Assembly: GCA_965215565.1 (NCBI GenBank)
Contig: CBDCDZ010000004.1
Location: forward strand, 416,001 to 480,000
DNA: 64,000 bases
Direction: 5' to 3'
Source of the DNA: Trueperaceae bacterium
GTDB taxonomy: Bacteria; Deinococcota; Deinococci; Deinococcales; Trueperaceae
In this document: positions 48,884 to 58,422 of the stretch, one piece after another
How positions within the stretch are numbered: position 1 is the stretch's first letter
Layout: each line of letters begins with the position of its first letter
Made by a program: the position numbers and the translations under genes
The notes under the pieces: model-generated
Database searches by the model: none
Seen by the model: only the letters and a program-made list of their open reading frames with translations
Told to the model about the DNA's origin: nothing

Positions 48884-50812
48884 TCAAACCGTGTGAAAAG
48901 CGATACCTGCGCGCCGCATCGCTAAGACGGTGTTGGTTTTGAAAGCGTCGTTGCCCGCAAAGGCGGCGTCCAAACAGATGAAGCGCGCCGGTCGAGCGCT
49001 GAGGACCGCCTCGACGGTTTCGGCGGCGAGGGGTCTCGCAAGGCAGACGTAGAGCGCCTTGCCTTCGGCGGCGTACACCTCTTGAGAAGCGCCGAGCGTC
49101 TCTACGGACGCGCTCAGCGGCAAGCCCGCTTTGAGGAGGAGTTCGTACAGGATGCTCTGCTCGTCCTCTCCTGCGAGGTTGTCCGCGAAGGCGCTTAGCT
49201 GCGCTCCTAGCGCCGCCGCGCCGCGAACCGCACCGTCCCACCTCCTGAAGTCCCATGTTTTGAAGTTCGAGGCGCTCAGGCGAAACGCTCTGAAGCCCCG
49301 ATCCGCCGCACTAGCGCGTTCCTCGTCGGCGCGGCCGAGCTTGCGGATGACGCGGCGCACCCGCTCTCGCGTGATCGCCGCGACGGTGGGGAAATCGGTT
49401 CGTCCGGTGGGCTCGGGGAGTTGCACTAAGAGGAACGTCCTGTCGCCGCCGTCCGCCTCATTCAGCTCGAGCACGGCCTGCGCGAGCGTGCCCGAGCCCG
49501 CGAAAAAGTCGAGGACGATGAAGTCGCGCTCAGGCGTCGTGTTGATCAAAAACTTGAGCAGCGAGACGGGTTTGGGGAACGCGAAGAGCTTCTCTCCGAA
49601 GAGTTCGGTGACCTCTTTCGTCCCGTCCTCCGTCCTGCCGACGCTACTCGGCAAGACCGTGCTGAGCGATTTACGCGCCTCTTCGACGCCGAATTTCTTG
49701 AGGTTTTTCTCCCTGTCTTCCGTTTCGAACACGCGGTACGCGGGTCTGGAGAGGTTCAAGAAGTCGTAGTCGCCCGGAAAGACGATCTTGCCCCTATCGT
49801 AGTAGTCTCTAAAGGTCTCGCGGGTGATGGACCAGACCCGGTGGGGGTTGGCGGGGTACGCCTCGAGCGTCTTCGGGTTGACCATCGTGAAGTTCGAGTT
49901 GGGTCTCTCGTTGGCGCTGGTCTGCTTCGTAAGGTCCGCGAGCCGCCAGCCGCTCCCGAAGTCGCTCGTGTAGTGGTAGCGGCGCGCCACGAAAGCGCCC
50001 GCTCGAAACGCGCCCTTGGTAAAGGCGACGATCCACTCGTAGTCTTGCGACACGCCGAAGGGAACGTCGCTCTTAGCGGTCCGCTTGCGCCAGGGGAAGG
50101 TGGCGACGTAGTTCTCCTCGCCGAAGAGTTCCGCTAGCACAAAGTGAAGATTTTTCGCCTCGTGATCGTCGATAGAGACGAAGATGACGCCGTCGTCGGT
50201 GAGCAGATCGCGCGCCAGAGCGAGGCGCGGGTACATCATGGTGAGCCAGCTCGAGTGCTTGCGCCCGGCGTGCTCTTCGCGGCTCGTCTGCCGCGTCCCG
50301 TCAGCCTTGCGCTGCCCCGAATAGCGCAAGTATGCACCCAGCCCCTCGCGAAAGTTGTCCGTATAGATGAACTCGTTGCCCGTGTTGTAGGGCGGGTCAA
50401 TATAGATCATCTTAATTTTGCCGTAGTAGCTCCGCTGCAGGAGCTTCAAGACCTCTAGGTTGTCGCCCTCGATGATGGCGTTGCGGCTCGCGTCAAAGTC
50501 CACCGATTCGCCCCGCAGCGGCTCCAAGGTGCCCCGGCTCGGCTCCTGCACCGCCCGGAGCGCGTCACGCTTGCCCGCCCACGTCAAGCCATAGCGTTCG
50601 GGAGGAGGCGCTGCGTCACCCGCTGCGTCGCCCGGCTCGTCATATATCTCGTCATTTGCCGCGTCGCCAAGCGCAAGGCGGAGCTTGTCGAAGTCGAGCT
50701 GACCTTCGCTGAACGCTTCGGGAAAGAGGTGGCGCAGGACGTCCAAGCGGGGCTCGAGCGGGCTCTGCGCGTCGGGCAGGGCGGTGCCTGGTTCGCCGGG
50801 CGTCTTCTTCAT
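48884..50812 (-). CDS. mod: Type III R-M N6-adenine methyltransferase Mod
   Basis: ERYGLTWAGK, IEGDNLEVLKLL, IYIDPPYNTG, HSSWLTMMYPRL, FPKPVSL, LDFFAGSGT (beta-class order). Confidence 0.93.
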   Translation of the reverse strand: MKKTPGEPGTALPDAQSPLEPRLDVLRHLFPEAFSEGQLDFDKLRLALGDAANDEIYDEPGDAAGDAAPPPERYGLTWAGKRDALRAVQEPSRGTLEPLRGESVDFDASRNAIIEGDNLEVLKLLQRSYYGKIKMIYIDPPYNTGNEFIYTDNFREGLGAYLRYSGQRKADGTRQTSREEHAGRKHSSWLTMMYPRLALARDLLTDDGVIFVSIDDHEAKNLHFVLAELFGEENYVATFPWRKRTAKSDVPFGVSQDYEWIVAFTKGAFRAGAFVARRYHYTSDFGSGWRLADLTKQTSANERPNSNFTMVNPKTLEAYPANPHRVWSITRETFRDYYDRGKIVFPGDYDFLNLSRPAYRVFETEDREKNLKKFGVEEARKSLSTVLPSSVGRTEDGTKEVTELFGEKLFAFPKPVSLLKFLINTTPERDFIVLDFFAGSGTLAQAVLELNEADGGDRTFLLVQLPEPTGRTDFPTVAAITRERVRRVIRKLGRADEERASAADRGFRAFRLSASNFKTWDFRRWDGAVRGAAALGAQLSAFADNLAGEDEQSILYELLLKAGLPLSASVETLGASQEVYAAEGKALYVCLARPLAAETVEAVLSARPARFICLDAAFAGNDAFKTNTVLAMRRAGIAFHTV

Positions 50813-50831
50813 GAGTAGCTTCGCGGGCGGT

Positions 50832-51392
50832 TCACCGCTCCCAGGGACGCAGCGTGATCTGTCCGTCAACGAGCTGCGCCACCTCCGGCCCGGCTGCCGC
50901 CTTGCCACCCTCCCCTGCCTGCGCCAGGGCGCTGCCGATGCGGAGCTGCTTCGAGAGAATCTGCTGCGCCCAGATGATCGCCTTCTCGTTGCCCGCAGCT
51001 CCGGCGTGCGCCACGCCGCGCAGCGCGCCCAGCACGATGATGTCGTCCTCGGCGATGAGTTCGGAGCCGGCGTTCACATCGCCGATGACGATGATAGAGC
51101 CGCTCGACTCGACGCGCGCACCGCTCCTCACGGTGCGCGCGACGATGACGGTCTCGCCCTTCGCTTGCACTACCGCGCTCGGCGGGCGCACCTCCACCAC
51201 GTCACCCTCAGCCTCCCCGACAGCGTTCAGCACAGCTTCGACGCTCGCCCAGGGGACGCGCCCGCCGACTTCGATAAAGACTTTGCCGCTCAAGAGGTCG
51301 CGCTGTAAGGCTAGGGAGCTTTCCAGAGCGCCCGGCGTATCCTCAGCGTCCAAACTCACCACGATGCCGCTTCTCGTCCCCCTAGTCTTCAC
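50832..51392 (-). CDS. minC: Septum site-determining protein MinC
   Basis: RTVRSGARVESSGSIIVIGDVNAGSELIA..IIVLGALRGVAHAGA; likely GTG start at 51392 (alternative 51404). Confidence 0.9.
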   Translation of the reverse strand: MKTRGTRSGIVVSLDAEDTPGALESSLALQRDLLSGKVFIEVGGRVPWASVEAVLNAVGEAEGDVVEVRPPSAVVQAKGETVIVARTVRSGARVESSGSIIVIGDVNAGSELIAEDDIIVLGALRGVAHAGAAGNEKAIIWAQQILSKQLRIGSALAQAGEGGKAAAGPEVAQLVDGQITLRPWER

Positions 51393-51603
51393 CTGATGCT
51401 CCACACCTAAGGCTCCACACCTTGACTCGTATCAGCTTAACTCGTATCAGCTCGATCTGTATCCGTCCCCTCACGTCGCGCTTCACGCTCACTTTCGTCA
51501 TGCCAAAGAGGACGATACCGCAAAATGCCGGGCGGGTCTACTCGGTGAGGCGGGCGTGAGCAGTGAGAGAAAACGGTGCGCAAAATATGTTTAGATACCC
51601 CTT

Positions 51604-52491
51604 ATGAATCCGGTAATCGTGCTTCACGGCGGCGCGGGGACGATCCGCGCCGAGGACAGAGAGAACTACGTGGCGGGGCTTTTAGCCGCGCGGGAGGCGG
51701 GCTACGCGGCGCTGCGAGCAGGGGAGCACGCGCGCGCGGCGGTGCTCGTCGCCGTCGCCATGATGGAGGACGACGAAAGAGCGTTCAACGCGGGCACGGG
51801 CGGCTCGCCGAACCGTGAGGGCGTCGTCGAATGCGACGCGGCGGTGATGGCCGGCTGGGACAGAAGCGCGGGCGCGGTGGCGGCGGTAACGAACGCGAAG
51901 AACCCCATTTTGCTCGCGGAAGAGGTGCGTCTGACGTCGCCGCACCTCTTCCTCGTCGGCGCGGGCGCGGAAGCCCTCGTGGACGCGCCCATCGACAACC
52001 GAACGCTGCTCACCGCGCGGACCAGGAGGGCGCTCCGCGAGTGGCGCGAGAAGAAGTTAGCCCCTGCGAACTCGGCGACGGTGGGCGCGGTAGCACTAGA
52101 CCAACGGGGACGCCTCGCCGCCGCGACGAGCACGGGCGGCGTCTTGGGCAAGTGGCCGGGGCGCGTGGGCGACTCGCCTCTCATCGGCGCGGGGACGTAT
52201 GCGGACGCGCACGTCGCGGTGTCTTGTACGGGCAAGGGGGAGGCGTTTACAAAGGCGGTGACGGCGAAGAGCCTAGCGACGCGGCTGCACTACGAGCGGG
52301 ATTTGAACAGCGCAGTCGAAGCGGCGTTGGAAGAGGTCAAAACGTTAGAGGGTACGGGCGGGCTTATCACAGTCACAGCAGACGGGCGGGTATGCGTGGG
52401 CTTCAACACGCCGCATATGGCGTACGCCTGGAAAAGTGACGAGGCAGAGGACGCCCGAGTGAGGCTCGAGGCGGGCCTCTATCACCCATGA
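51604..52491 (+). CDS. iaaA: Isoaspartyl peptidase/L-asparaginase (Ntn hydrolase)
   Basis: LHGGAG, FNAGTG, TVGAVALD, AATSTGG, GRVGDSP, SCTGKGE. Confidence 0.9.
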   Translation: MNPVIVLHGGAGTIRAEDRENYVAGLLAAREAGYAALRAGEHARAAVLVAVAMMEDDERAFNAGTGGSPNREGVVECDAAVMAGWDRSAGAVAAVTNAKNPILLAEEVRLTSPHLFLVGAGAEALVDAPIDNRTLLTARTRRALREWREKKLAPANSATVGAVALDQRGRLAAATSTGGVLGKWPGRVGDSPLIGAGTYADAHVAVSCTGKGEAFTKAVTAKSLATRLHYERDLNSAVEAALEEVKTLEGTGGLITVTADGRVCVGFNTPHMAYAWKSDEAEDARVRLEAGLYHP

Positions 52492-52558
52492 GACGCTTAA
52501 CTGGTTAGAAAGAAGCGAAGAGGTGGAGCCCCACCTCTTTTCTAACCGACTCGCAACC

Positions 52559-54010
52559 TCACGCCTCGTAAGACCCTGACGGTACGTCGCCGCCGTGCCC
52601 CGTCCAATCGGTGTGGAAGAACTCGCCGCGCTCTTTGTCCACGCGCTCATATGTATGCGCGCCGAAGTAGTCGCGCTGGGCTTGCAAGAGGTTGGCGGGC
52701 AGCCGTGCGGTGCGGTAGCCGTCATAGAAGGCGAGGGCGCTGGACGAGGCGGGCACCGGAATCCCTAGCGCGACGGCTTTGGCGACGACGCGCCGCCACG
52801 CGCTTTGGCATTCGTCGATCTGTTTTTTGAAAAAGGGCGCGAGCAGGAGGTTTTGCAACCCTTCGTCGTTCTGGTACGCCTCCATGATGTCGCTCAAAAA
52901 GGCGGAGCGGATGATGCAGCCGCCGCGCCACATCTGCGCGATGCCCGAGTAGTTGAGGTTCCAACCGTACTCGTCGGCGGCTGCGCCCATGAGCATGTAG
53001 CCCTGCGCGTACGAGGTGATCTTGGCGGCGAAAAGGGCTTGCTCGAGGTCTTGCAAAAAGGCCTCTTTGTCCACCTCTACGCCCTCACTCGGTCCCTCTA
53101 AGATTTTCGACGCTTCTTCACGCTCGTGCTTTAAGGCCGAGAGGAAGCGCGAAAAGACCGCCTCGCCGATGAGGGTCAAGGGAATGCCCTGCTCCAGAGC
53201 GGCAACAGCCGTCCATTTGCCCGTGCCCTTTTGCCCAGCGGTGTCTAAAATCTTGTCCACCAAGGGCGAGCCGTCGTCGTCTTTCGCCTTGAAGATTTCG
53301 CCCGTGATTTCAACCAGGTACGAGTCGAGCCTGCCCTTGTTCCACTCTCTAAAAGTCTCGCCGATCTCGTCCGTATCCATGCCCAGTGCGGACTCCATCA
53401 AGTGATACGCCTCGCAGATGAGCTGCATGTCGCCGTACTCGATGCCGTTATGCACCATCTTGACGAAGTGACCTGCGCCGTTCTCGCCCACCCAGTCGCA
53501 GCAGGGCACGTCGTCTACCTGCGCGGCGATGCTCTGGAAGATGTCTTGGACGTGCTCCCAGGCTCCAGGCGTGCCGCCCGGCATAATGGAGGGACCGTTG
53601 CGCGCGCCCTCCTCGCCGCCCGAGATGCCCGTGCCGATGTAGCGCAGACCCTTCGCCTCGAGTTCTTCGGCGTGCCGTATCGAGTCGTGGTGGTTCGCGT
53701 TGCCGCCGTCAATGATGATATCACCCTCGTCGAGCAGCGGCAGGAGCTGCTCGATAACCTTATCCACCGCGCTGCCCGCTTTGACCATGAGCATGACGCG
53801 GCGCGGTTTTTCAAGTGCCGCTACCATGTCCTCTAGCTCCTCGAAGCCTTCGACGTTCGTGTCCGAGGCGGGTCCGGCGATGAAGTCGGTCATCTTCGAG
53901 GTGGTGCGGTTGTAAACCGCCACGTTGAAGTCGTGGTCGTCCATGTTCAAGACCAAGTTTTGACCCATTACCGCGAGTCCGATAAGCCCGATGTCTGCTT
54001 TTGCGTCCAT
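52559..54010 (-). CDS. gnd: 6-phosphogluconate dehydrogenase, decarboxylating
   Basis: IGLAVMGQNL, VKMVHNGIEYGDMQ, QKGTGKWT, WRGGCIIRS, QAQRDYFGAH. Confidence 0.97.
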   Translation of the reverse strand: MDAKADIGLIGLAVMGQNLVLNMDDHDFNVAVYNRTTSKMTDFIAGPASDTNVEGFEELEDMVAALEKPRRVMLMVKAGSAVDKVIEQLLPLLDEGDIIIDGGNANHHDSIRHAEELEAKGLRYIGTGISGGEEGARNGPSIMPGGTPGAWEHVQDIFQSIAAQVDDVPCCDWVGENGAGHFVKMVHNGIEYGDMQLICEAYHLMESALGMDTDEIGETFREWNKGRLDSYLVEITGEIFKAKDDDGSPLVDKILDTAGQKGTGKWTAVAALEQGIPLTLIGEAVFSRFLSALKHEREEASKILEGPSEGVEVDKEAFLQDLEQALFAAKITSYAQGYMLMGAAADEYGWNLNYSGIAQMWRGGCIIRSAFLSDIMEAYQNDEGLQNLLLAPFFKKQIDECQSAWRRVVAKAVALGIPVPASSSALAFYDGYRTARLPANLLQAQRDYFGAHTYERVDKERGEFFHTDWTGHGGDVPSGSYEA

Positions 54011-54173
54011 GTCGCCTCCATTTTGATGCTCGGCTTAGGTTGTCGCTACGCTACTGTTTACCATAGCGATGACGAAGGGGGAAGAGTGTAGCGCTTTGGA
54101 CAGAAGCGAGACAGCAAGTGAGTACCGAGCAGTGAGTTGAAAGTGAAAGGCTCTAATATTCACTCACTGCTCC

Positions 54174-54890
54174 TCAAAATACAAGCGTCAGTCCTAACAC
54201 GACGATGGCGACGTTTATGAGGCGCTCGAGCCTCCCCTGCGGCACGCGCTTCGCGAGCTTATGTCCCGCAAAAATCGCCACTACCGTGAGCGGCAGCGCA
54301 AAGGCGTAGAGCCGCCACACCTGCGCGCTCCAGAGCCCAGTCGCGCCGTGCGACGTCGCAATGAGTAGGCTTGTCGCGATGAAGTAACCCTGTAAACTCG
54401 CCCTAAAAACCTCCGGCGGCCACCGCCTCAGCCCGCCGTAGAGCACCGCCACCGGACCGCTCACGTTGTACGCGCCGCCGAAAATCCCCGAGAGCACCCC
54501 GAGACCGAACGTGAGCACGGGATGGTGCAGGGCGGGCAAAGGGGGTTGGGTCAACCTGAAAAGACCGAAACTCATCAGCACAACGCCCAGCGTGACGATG
54601 AGCGCGTCACCGCTAAAACGGACCAAGAGAAGTGCGCCGATAGGAATGCCAATCGCCGACGCGCCGAGAAAGGGCGCAACAGAGCGCATGTCCACCTTTT
54701 GCCAGGAGAGCAGCAGCATGAGGACCGCCGTCGAGACGCCTGTGAGCCCGACGAGCGGTGTGGCCACCTCTAAACTCACCACCAGAACGAGCAGCGACAT
54801 GGCGATGAGGGCGTCGCCGAAGCCCACCGTCGCGCGGACAAAGGCGGCGAAGGTGACAATGAAGAGCACGGCAACGTCAGCGGGAAGCAT
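54174..54890 (-). CDS. Sulfite exporter TauE/SafE family membrane protein
   Basis: VGFGDALI, GIFGGAYNVSGP, FRASL; multiple TM segments. Confidence 0.85.
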   Translation of the reverse strand: MLPADVAVLFIVTFAAFVRATVGFGDALIAMSLLVLVVSLEVATPLVGLTGVSTAVLMLLLSWQKVDMRSVAPFLGASAIGIPIGALLLVRFSGDALIVTLGVVLMSFGLFRLTQPPLPALHHPVLTFGLGVLSGIFGGAYNVSGPVAVLYGGLRRWPPEVFRASLQGYFIATSLLIATSHGATGLWSAQVWRLYAFALPLTVVAIFAGHKLAKRVPQGRLERLINVAIVVLGLTLVF

Positions 54891-54924
54891 GGAAGGTATC
54901 GTAGCAGCAAGCAAAGGAGACCTT

Positions 54925-55944
54925 ATGTCTGATATCCCCACCACCATGAACGCCCTGCAACTCTCCACTTACGAGGGTTTGGACGCGCTCGAGGTTGTAC
55001 AAAAAGAGGTGCCCGCGCCGCGCGAGGGTCAAGTCCTCGTCCGCGTGGAGGCGGCGGCGGTCAACCCCTCTGACCTCATGTTCATACGCAATTTGTACGG
55101 CTTCAAAAAACCTCTGCCCACCGTGCCCGGCTTCGAGGCGAGCGGCGTGATAGTCGCGGGCGAGGGCGCGTACGCAAGGTGGCTCATCGGCAAGCGCGTG
55201 GCGTGCGGCGTGCAGCAAGAAGGGGACGGCACGTGGGCGCAGTACGTTTTGGTGGACGCGGTGATGTGCTTGCCCCTTTTGAAACGGGTGAGCCTCGAGC
55301 AAGGCGCGATGCTTTTAGTCAACCCTTTTACCGCGTGGGGTCTGGTCGAGCGGGCACGGCAGGGCGGACACCGCGCCGTGGTGCAGAGCGCCGCCGCGAG
55401 CGCATTAGGGCGGATGGTGCTGAAACTCGGTCAGAGGTTTAAGCTGCCGATGGTTCACGTTGTGCGCCGCGACGAGCAAGTCGAACTGCTGAGAGGTCTA
55501 GGCGCGGAGCACGTCTTGAACAGCAGCCTTTCTAACTTTGATAAAGACTTGAAAGAGGTCTGCCACCGCCTCGACGCGACTTTCGCTTTCGACGCGGTGG
55601 CGGGCGACATGCCGCAGCGACTCCTCTACGCGATGCCGCGCAGCAGTAAGGTCCTGGTTTACGGCGCACTGTCAGAAGAACCCATCCGCTTAGACCCGAG
55701 AGGTCTCATCTTTGAAGACCAAAGAGTCGAAGGCTTTTGGCTCTCGGACTACCTGGAGAACCTAGCGCTGCCCAACTTCCTCCTACGCACCGTGCGCGTC
55801 CAACGCGCCTTAGGGACGGACTTACGTGCAGATATTCGCGGACGATATGCGCTCGAGAATGCGGTTGAAGGAATTAGAGCGTACGAGCAGAACATGACGG
55901 AGGGAAAGATTTTGCTTACGCCGAATGGAGCCGTTGGCTCCTAG
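54925..55944 (+). CDS. MDR-superfamily NAD(P)-dependent oxidoreductase (enoyl-reductase-like)
   Basis: ATG after AAGGAG; VNPSDL, VPGFEASG, VNPFTA, AAASALG. Confidence 0.88.
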   Translation: MSDIPTTMNALQLSTYEGLDALEVVQKEVPAPREGQVLVRVEAAAVNPSDLMFIRNLYGFKKPLPTVPGFEASGVIVAGEGAYARWLIGKRVACGVQQEGDGTWAQYVLVDAVMCLPLLKRVSLEQGAMLLVNPFTAWGLVERARQGGHRAVVQSAAASALGRMVLKLGQRFKLPMVHVVRRDEQVELLRGLGAEHVLNSSLSNFDKDLKEVCHRLDATFAFDAVAGDMPQRLLYAMPRSSKVLVYGALSEEPIRLDPRGLIFEDQRVEGFWLSDYLENLALPNFLLRTVRVQRALGTDLRADIRGRYALENAVEGIRAYEQNMTEGKILLTPNGAVGS

Positions 55945-56033
55945 CGAGTCAGCACTTCAGCAGGTCAGCGAGTCAGGAAAAACTTGAAGTGCTGATTAGC
56001 TCCCACACCGAACTACCTCTCCCTCAACGAGAC

Positions 56034-57353
56034 CTAACCGACGACGAATAACCCCGCAATCGCCGCGCTCATCAGGTTCGCCAGCGTCGCCCCCGCCACT
56101 GCGTAGAGCCCCAAGCGGGCGATGTCGGCGCGTCTCGAGGGCGCAATCCCACCCAGACCACCGAGTAGAATCGCCAAGGACGCGAAGTTGGCAAAGCCCG
56201 TCAAGGCAAAGGTGATGATCGCTTCGGTGCGCGTGCCCAAATCGCCCAACACATCCTGAAAGGCGATAAAGGCGACGAACTCGTTGACGACGATTTTTTG
56301 CCCGATGAAGTTGCCCGCTAAGGGTGCGTCCGCCCAGGGTACGCCGATGACAAAGGCTAAAGGCGCGAAGAGGTAGCCCAGAAGCTGCTCGAAGGAGAGT
56401 TCGGGGTAGCCGAAGAGCCCGCCGATACCCCCGAGCAAACCGTTGATCAGCGCGATTAGACCGACGAAGGCGAGCAGCATCGCGCCGACATTGAGGGCGA
56501 GCTGTAGCCCGTCCGACGCGCCCCTCGCCGCCGCGTCAAAGACGTTGGCGGCGTCCGCAGCGCTCTCCCCACTCTCGTCCTCCCTCGCTTCGGTTTCTCT
56601 ATCGACCTCTTCGCTCTCCTTGTCTTCAGACGAGACGGACCCGTCGTCCTTAGCCGAGACCTTATCGTCTGATTCGGCGTCGGCAGTTTCGGGGATAATG
56701 AGCTTGGCGAAGAGAAGCCCTGCAGGTGCCGCCATGAAACTGGCGGCGATGAGGTACTCGAGCCGAATCCCTAGCTGCGCATACCCCGCCAAGACCGAAC
56801 CCGCCACCGACGCTAGCCCCCCCACCATCACCGCGAAGAGTTCGGACTCGGTCATCTTGGCGATGTAGGGGCGCACTGTTAGAGGCGCTTCGGTCTGCCC
56901 CACAAAGACGTTCGCGCTCGCCGATAAGGACTCGGGGCGGCTCGTCCCCAAGAGTTTCGCGAGCGCGCCGCCTAAAAGCCGCACGATCCACTGCATGATG
57001 CCCAAGAAGTAGAGCACCGAAATCAGTGACGAGAAAAAGACGATGATGGGCAAAACTTGAAACGCGAAGACCGTCCCCAAATTCTGACTGATCTCCGAGT
57101 TTGGCGAGGTGAGCCCGCCAAAGAGGAAGTTGATGCCCTCGTTCGCGTAGCCAATCACGTTTTGCACGCCCATTGAAACCGCCTGTAGCGCCTGCCGACC
57201 CAGAGGCCAGCGCAGCACGATGAAGCCGAACAACACCTGAATGGCGAGCGCACCTAAGACCGTACGCGGGCTGATGCTACGCTTATGTTTGGAGAGTAGA
57301 AATCCTAAGCCGAGTAGCGCCATCATGCCGAGAAGACTGATCAGACGTTCCAC
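56034..57353 (-). CDS. nupC: NupC/CNT-family nucleoside transporter
   Basis: [44 protein letters not shown]. Confidence 0.92.
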   Translation of the reverse strand: MERLISLLGMMALLGLGFLLSKHKRSISPRTVLGALAIQVLFGFIVLRWPLGRQALQAVSMGVQNVIGYANEGINFLFGGLTSPNSEISQNLGTVFAFQVLPIIVFFSSLISVLYFLGIMQWIVRLLGGALAKLLGTSRPESLSASANVFVGQTEAPLTVRPYIAKMTESELFAVMVGGLASVAGSVLAGYAQLGIRLEYLIAASFMAAPAGLLFAKLIIPETADAESDDKVSAKDDGSVSSEDKESEEVDRETEAREDESGESAADAANVFDAAARGASDGLQLALNVGAMLLAFVGLIALINGLLGGIGGLFGYPELSFEQLLGYLFAPLAFVIGVPWADAPLAGNFIGQKIVVNEFVAFIAFQDVLGDLGTRTEAIITFALTGFANFASLAILLGGLGGIAPSRRADIARLGLYAVAGATLANLMSAAIAGLFVVG

Positions 57354-57691
57354 CGTGACCTCCTTCAAAGTTAGCAGAGCCTAACATGGTATGAGGAGGG
57401 GTTGACTTGGGACTCAGACCTTTTACGCAAGTTTCCACCTGCACGCAACTTTGCGGTTGCTCCAGATGATAAGCTCGAGCGTTTTGAGTCAGCCGTGACG
57501 TGTAGTTCATTCACTTTTGCACCTGAACACGATTGGGCGTAGACGGTTACTCCTCTCTCGAGCCTCGAGTCCCTTTTCTTAGCAGTTCCACTTATTGTTG
57601 CACCACTTCTCCGCAGATATCATCGCTTAAAGTGTGTGCTAAGCAATGTTCTCTCAGGTGAGAGCGTAGATGACCAGATGATACCTGCTTT

Positions 57692-58333
57692 ATGAACCTC
57701 TTGGACCTCTTCGACTTCATCGGCACTGCCGTCTTCGCCATCACAGGCGCGTTAGCCGCAGGCAGTAAGCGCATGGATATCTTTGGCGTTGTGGTCTTAG
57801 GTGGCGTCACTGCGCTTGGCGGCGGCACACTTCGCGACGTGATCTTGGGCGCTCATCCTATCTTTTGGATTGAAGATACGAGCTACCTCTGGGTCGCCGC
57901 GCTCGCCGCCATCGTCACCTTCTTCTCGTCGCGCTACTGGACGCTCCACCAAAAGACGCTTCTCTATGCGGACGCGCTAGGACTCGCAACCTTTACCGTC
58001 ATCGGTTTCCAGCGGGGCTACCAGGAGACGGGTCTCTACAGCGTCGGCATCGTCATGGGCGTGATGACGAGCGTGGTGGGCGGCATGATTCGGGATGTGT
58101 TGGCGGGCGACATTCCGCTCATCTTGCGCCGCGAAATCTACGCCTCGGCAAGTCTTTGCGGCGCTGTCTTGTACGCGCTACTCTGGAGTTTAGCCGTACC
58201 TAACCTCTTCGCCGCACTTACCGCCGCATTCGTGACGCTCGGCATCCGCGTCGCCACAATACGCCGCAACGTATCGCTGCCAGTTTTATACTTAGAGAAT
58301 GGGCGAGGGGATGCGGACGAGCGAGGGCGCTAG
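57692..58333 (+). CDS. Trimeric intracellular cation channel family (UPF0126) membrane protein
   Basis: FAITGAL, TALGGGTLRD, DALGLA, GGMIRDVL..PLILRREIYA. Confidence 0.9.
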   Translation: MNLLDLFDFIGTAVFAITGALAAGSKRMDIFGVVVLGGVTALGGGTLRDVILGAHPIFWIEDTSYLWVAALAAIVTFFSSRYWTLHQKTLLYADALGLATFTVIGFQRGYQETGLYSVGIVMGVMTSVVGGMIRDVLAGDIPLILRREIYASASLCGAVLYALLWSLAVPNLFAALTAAFVTLGIRVATIRRNVSLPVLYLENGRGDADERGR

Positions 58334-58422
58334 CGCTTGTGTATTTCCCTAAAATGGCAACCACATCTTTATCTTAGCCTTACGGTAGACTCACCTTAAT
58401 TCACGAGATTTAGGGGAGACCG

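Noticed and set aside
48876..49256. N-terminal 127 aa of the 330-aa ORF in the track
   Set aside because: Arg-rich off-frame read overlapping mod; a better start is GTG at 48875 with an RBS
51398..51452. Two short tandem duplications upstream of minC (GCTCCACACCT x2, ACTCGTATCAGCT x2)
   Set aside because: Real but look like local slippage; no in-frame product or functional clue
54466..54924. N-terminal extension of the 492-aa MDR ORF
   Set aside because: Antisense to the TauE gene; the ATG at 54925 has an AAGGAG RBS
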